Virus record (IMG/VR): IMGVR_UViG_3300027798_000023 | Source: an uncultured virus (IMG/VR IMGVR_UViG_3300027798_000023) | Lineage: Duplodnaviria > Heunggongvirae > Uroviricota > Caudoviricetes | Length of the DNA stretch: 36,925 bases | Strand: one strand, 5' to 3' | Shown: one piece after another, positions 35,629 through 36,925 of the stretch | How positions within the stretch are numbered: position 1 is the stretch's first letter | Layout: each line of letters starts with the position of its first letter | Made by a program: the position numbers and the translations under genes | Notes under the pieces: generated by a model | What the model was told of the DNA's origin: nothing | Seen by the model: the letters and a program-made list of their open reading frames with translations, nothing else | Database searches by the model: none

Positions 35629-36552
35629 ATGAAACAATACCGAACACTAAACGACGGTGAAATCGTAATGGCTGGAGACGAATTCTGGGGCATTGACCGC
35701 AGCTGGACACCGGCTACCGAGATCGGCAAGAAGGTGACCAGTTACACCCATAAGATGTATAGACGGCCGATGACCGAAACATCCAGTCAAACGACCGATA
35801 CCTGCCCAGATTGCAGCGATATCCCTTGCGATTGTGGGTTGCCTGCTGGTTATCAATCCGATATACGCTTTGCTGCCAATTTCGCGCCGCACATTAAGGT
35901 TATGGAAGCGAGTAACGTTGCAGAGATAATTCAGCAGCGAGACGACTTACTGAGATACAACGAGGCATTTAGGCAAGAGACATTGATCTGCTCAGATTGT
36001 GATGCGATCAGTAAAGAGGAATATGACCAAGCAATCCAGCAGCTGGACGCAGCACAGAAGGAAATTGAACGCCTTCAATGTGCAGGCATACACAGCTGCC
36101 ATGATAATTGTGAACGACCTAACTGCGTGTTGCGTAGGGAGATTAAAGCACTTACTGAGCAGCGGGATGGATTACGTGCAGGTATTGATTACGCAAGCGA
36201 TCAACTAACCGCCGTCACCGAGCAGCTAGACGAAATGACTCTGCGATGGGAGCTAACAAACGATTCCCTTTTCGACAAACGCGCTCTGGCGGACAGGCTG
36301 GCGGAGGAGCTAACCACAACACGGCAAGCTCACGATGTTGTCGTTTTAGCGTTTCGTAAAGTTGATGCCGAGCTAACCGCCGTCACCGAGCAGCGGGACA
36401 GGATGGCGGAGGCTTGCAAAGCACTCATGAAAATAGTCGGCGAACCAAACTCCACAATAGATGATTGCTGGGTATCTGAGGATGAGATGGACGCAGCGTG
36501 GAACATGGGTAACGAAGCACTCGCAGCCGTGAAAGGAGGGGTAGATGAGTGA
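35629..36552 (+). CDS. Long mosaic Cys-rich/coiled-coil accessory protein
   Basis: Shares modules with 913..1440 and 2500..2775; three TEQ(R/L)D repeats. Confidence 0.75.
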   Translation: MKQYRTLNDGEIVMAGDEFWGIDRSWTPATEIGKKVTSYTHKMYRRPMTETSSQTTDTCPDCSDIPCDCGLPAGYQSDIRFAANFAPHIKVMEASNVAEIIQQRDDLLRYNEAFRQETLICSDCDAISKEEYDQAIQQLDAAQKEIERLQCAGIHSCHDNCERPNCVLRREIKALTEQRDGLRAGIDYASDQLTAVTEQLDEMTLRWELTNDSLFDKRALADRLAEELTTTRQAHDVVVLAFRKVDAELTAVTEQRDRMAEACKALMKIVGEPNSTIDDCWVSEDEMDAAWNMGNEALAAVKGGVDE

Positions 36553-36706
36553 AATTACAATAACTCCGACAGAAACAATTGATGATAAGTGTCCTGATTG
36601 CGGAAGTGACATTTTTGCTTTATTTTATGTAGAAGAATGGGGGAGAACTTATTGCGAAGAATGTCTAGATATTCAAATTTCAAAATACCAACCAACCGAA
36701 CCATGA
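36545..36706 (+). CDS. Small Zn-finger protein (53 aa, not in track)
   Basis: CPDC...CEEC; AAGGAGG upstream; ATGA-coupled to the next gene. Confidence 0.65.
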   Translation: MSEITITPTETIDDKCPDCGSDIFALFYVEEWGRTYCEECLDIQISKYQPTEP

Positions 36707-36925
36707 ACAACACACCGACACCGAGAACTGATACAGAACACGCTCAATTTCCTATGGGTGGATTCACTTTAGACTTCGCCCGCCAACTAGAACGCGAGCT
36801 AACCGCAGCACGGGAGGATGCGCGGTGGCTGGAGTCGATCATGGTGAGGCTCTACAATCAAGGGTATCACGCTGGGCATGAAGACACCGTGGAAGCCTGC
36901 TTCACGCCGATCCATCACACGGACA
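36703..36925 (+). CDS. Partial mosaic protein, allele of 1707..2090
   Basis: MNNTPTPRTD start, different middle, then identical LTAAREDARWLES...; runs off the contig end. Confidence 0.75.
   Translation, partial: MNNTPTPRTDTEHAQFPMGGFTLDFARQLERELTAAREDARWLESIMVRLYNQGYHAGHEDTVEACFTPIHHTD
36799..36925 (+). repeat. 127-bp terminal copy of 1851-1977
   Basis: Exact identity. Confidence 0.95.

Noticed and set aside
1337..36612. Minus-strand and nested ORFs in the track (e.g. 1337..1894, 7504..8025, 16789..17292, 34114..34563, 12614..13051)
   Set aside because: They shadow well-supported + strand genes and carry no motifs; only the 26656 frame and the 16551 frameshift frame have positive evidence.
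36799..36925. Biological direct terminal repeat
   Set aside because: It matches an internal site in mid-gene rather than the contig start, and its length equals a typical assembler k-mer.

Overview
Apparently complete tailed dsDNA phage (siphovirus-like, lambda-type head module), with essentially all real genes on the + strand. Gene order: mosaic small accessory genes (1-4053); tandem-repeat region and AT-rich small-gene operon (4054-6300); terminases, portal, S49 protease and capsid (6651-13044); head-tail and tail genes including a GGGAAAG -1 frameshift chaperone, short tape measure and tail fibre (13100-23690); lysis and phosphoesterase genes (23687-26091); C5 DNA methyltransferase locus, RecE-like exonuclease, SSB-like, SF2 helicase, VRR-NUC and primase-helicase followed by a putative origin (26155-35190); then a second version of the mosaic region. 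The last 127 bp equal 1851-1977 exactly, so the contig is probably a ~34.9 kb circle with an alternative strain allele attached as 1-1850. I see no integrase, RT, CRISPR or tRNA. Most notable: (1) two attC-like hairpins with integron geometry flanking one gene (2018-2471), inverted relative to transcription and with no integrase present; (2) a C5-MTase encoded in two fully overlapping ~400-codon frames with four TRD-like repeats; (3) a hypervariable region built from reused 15-35 bp linkers. All family calls come from motif recognition by eye; no searches were run.
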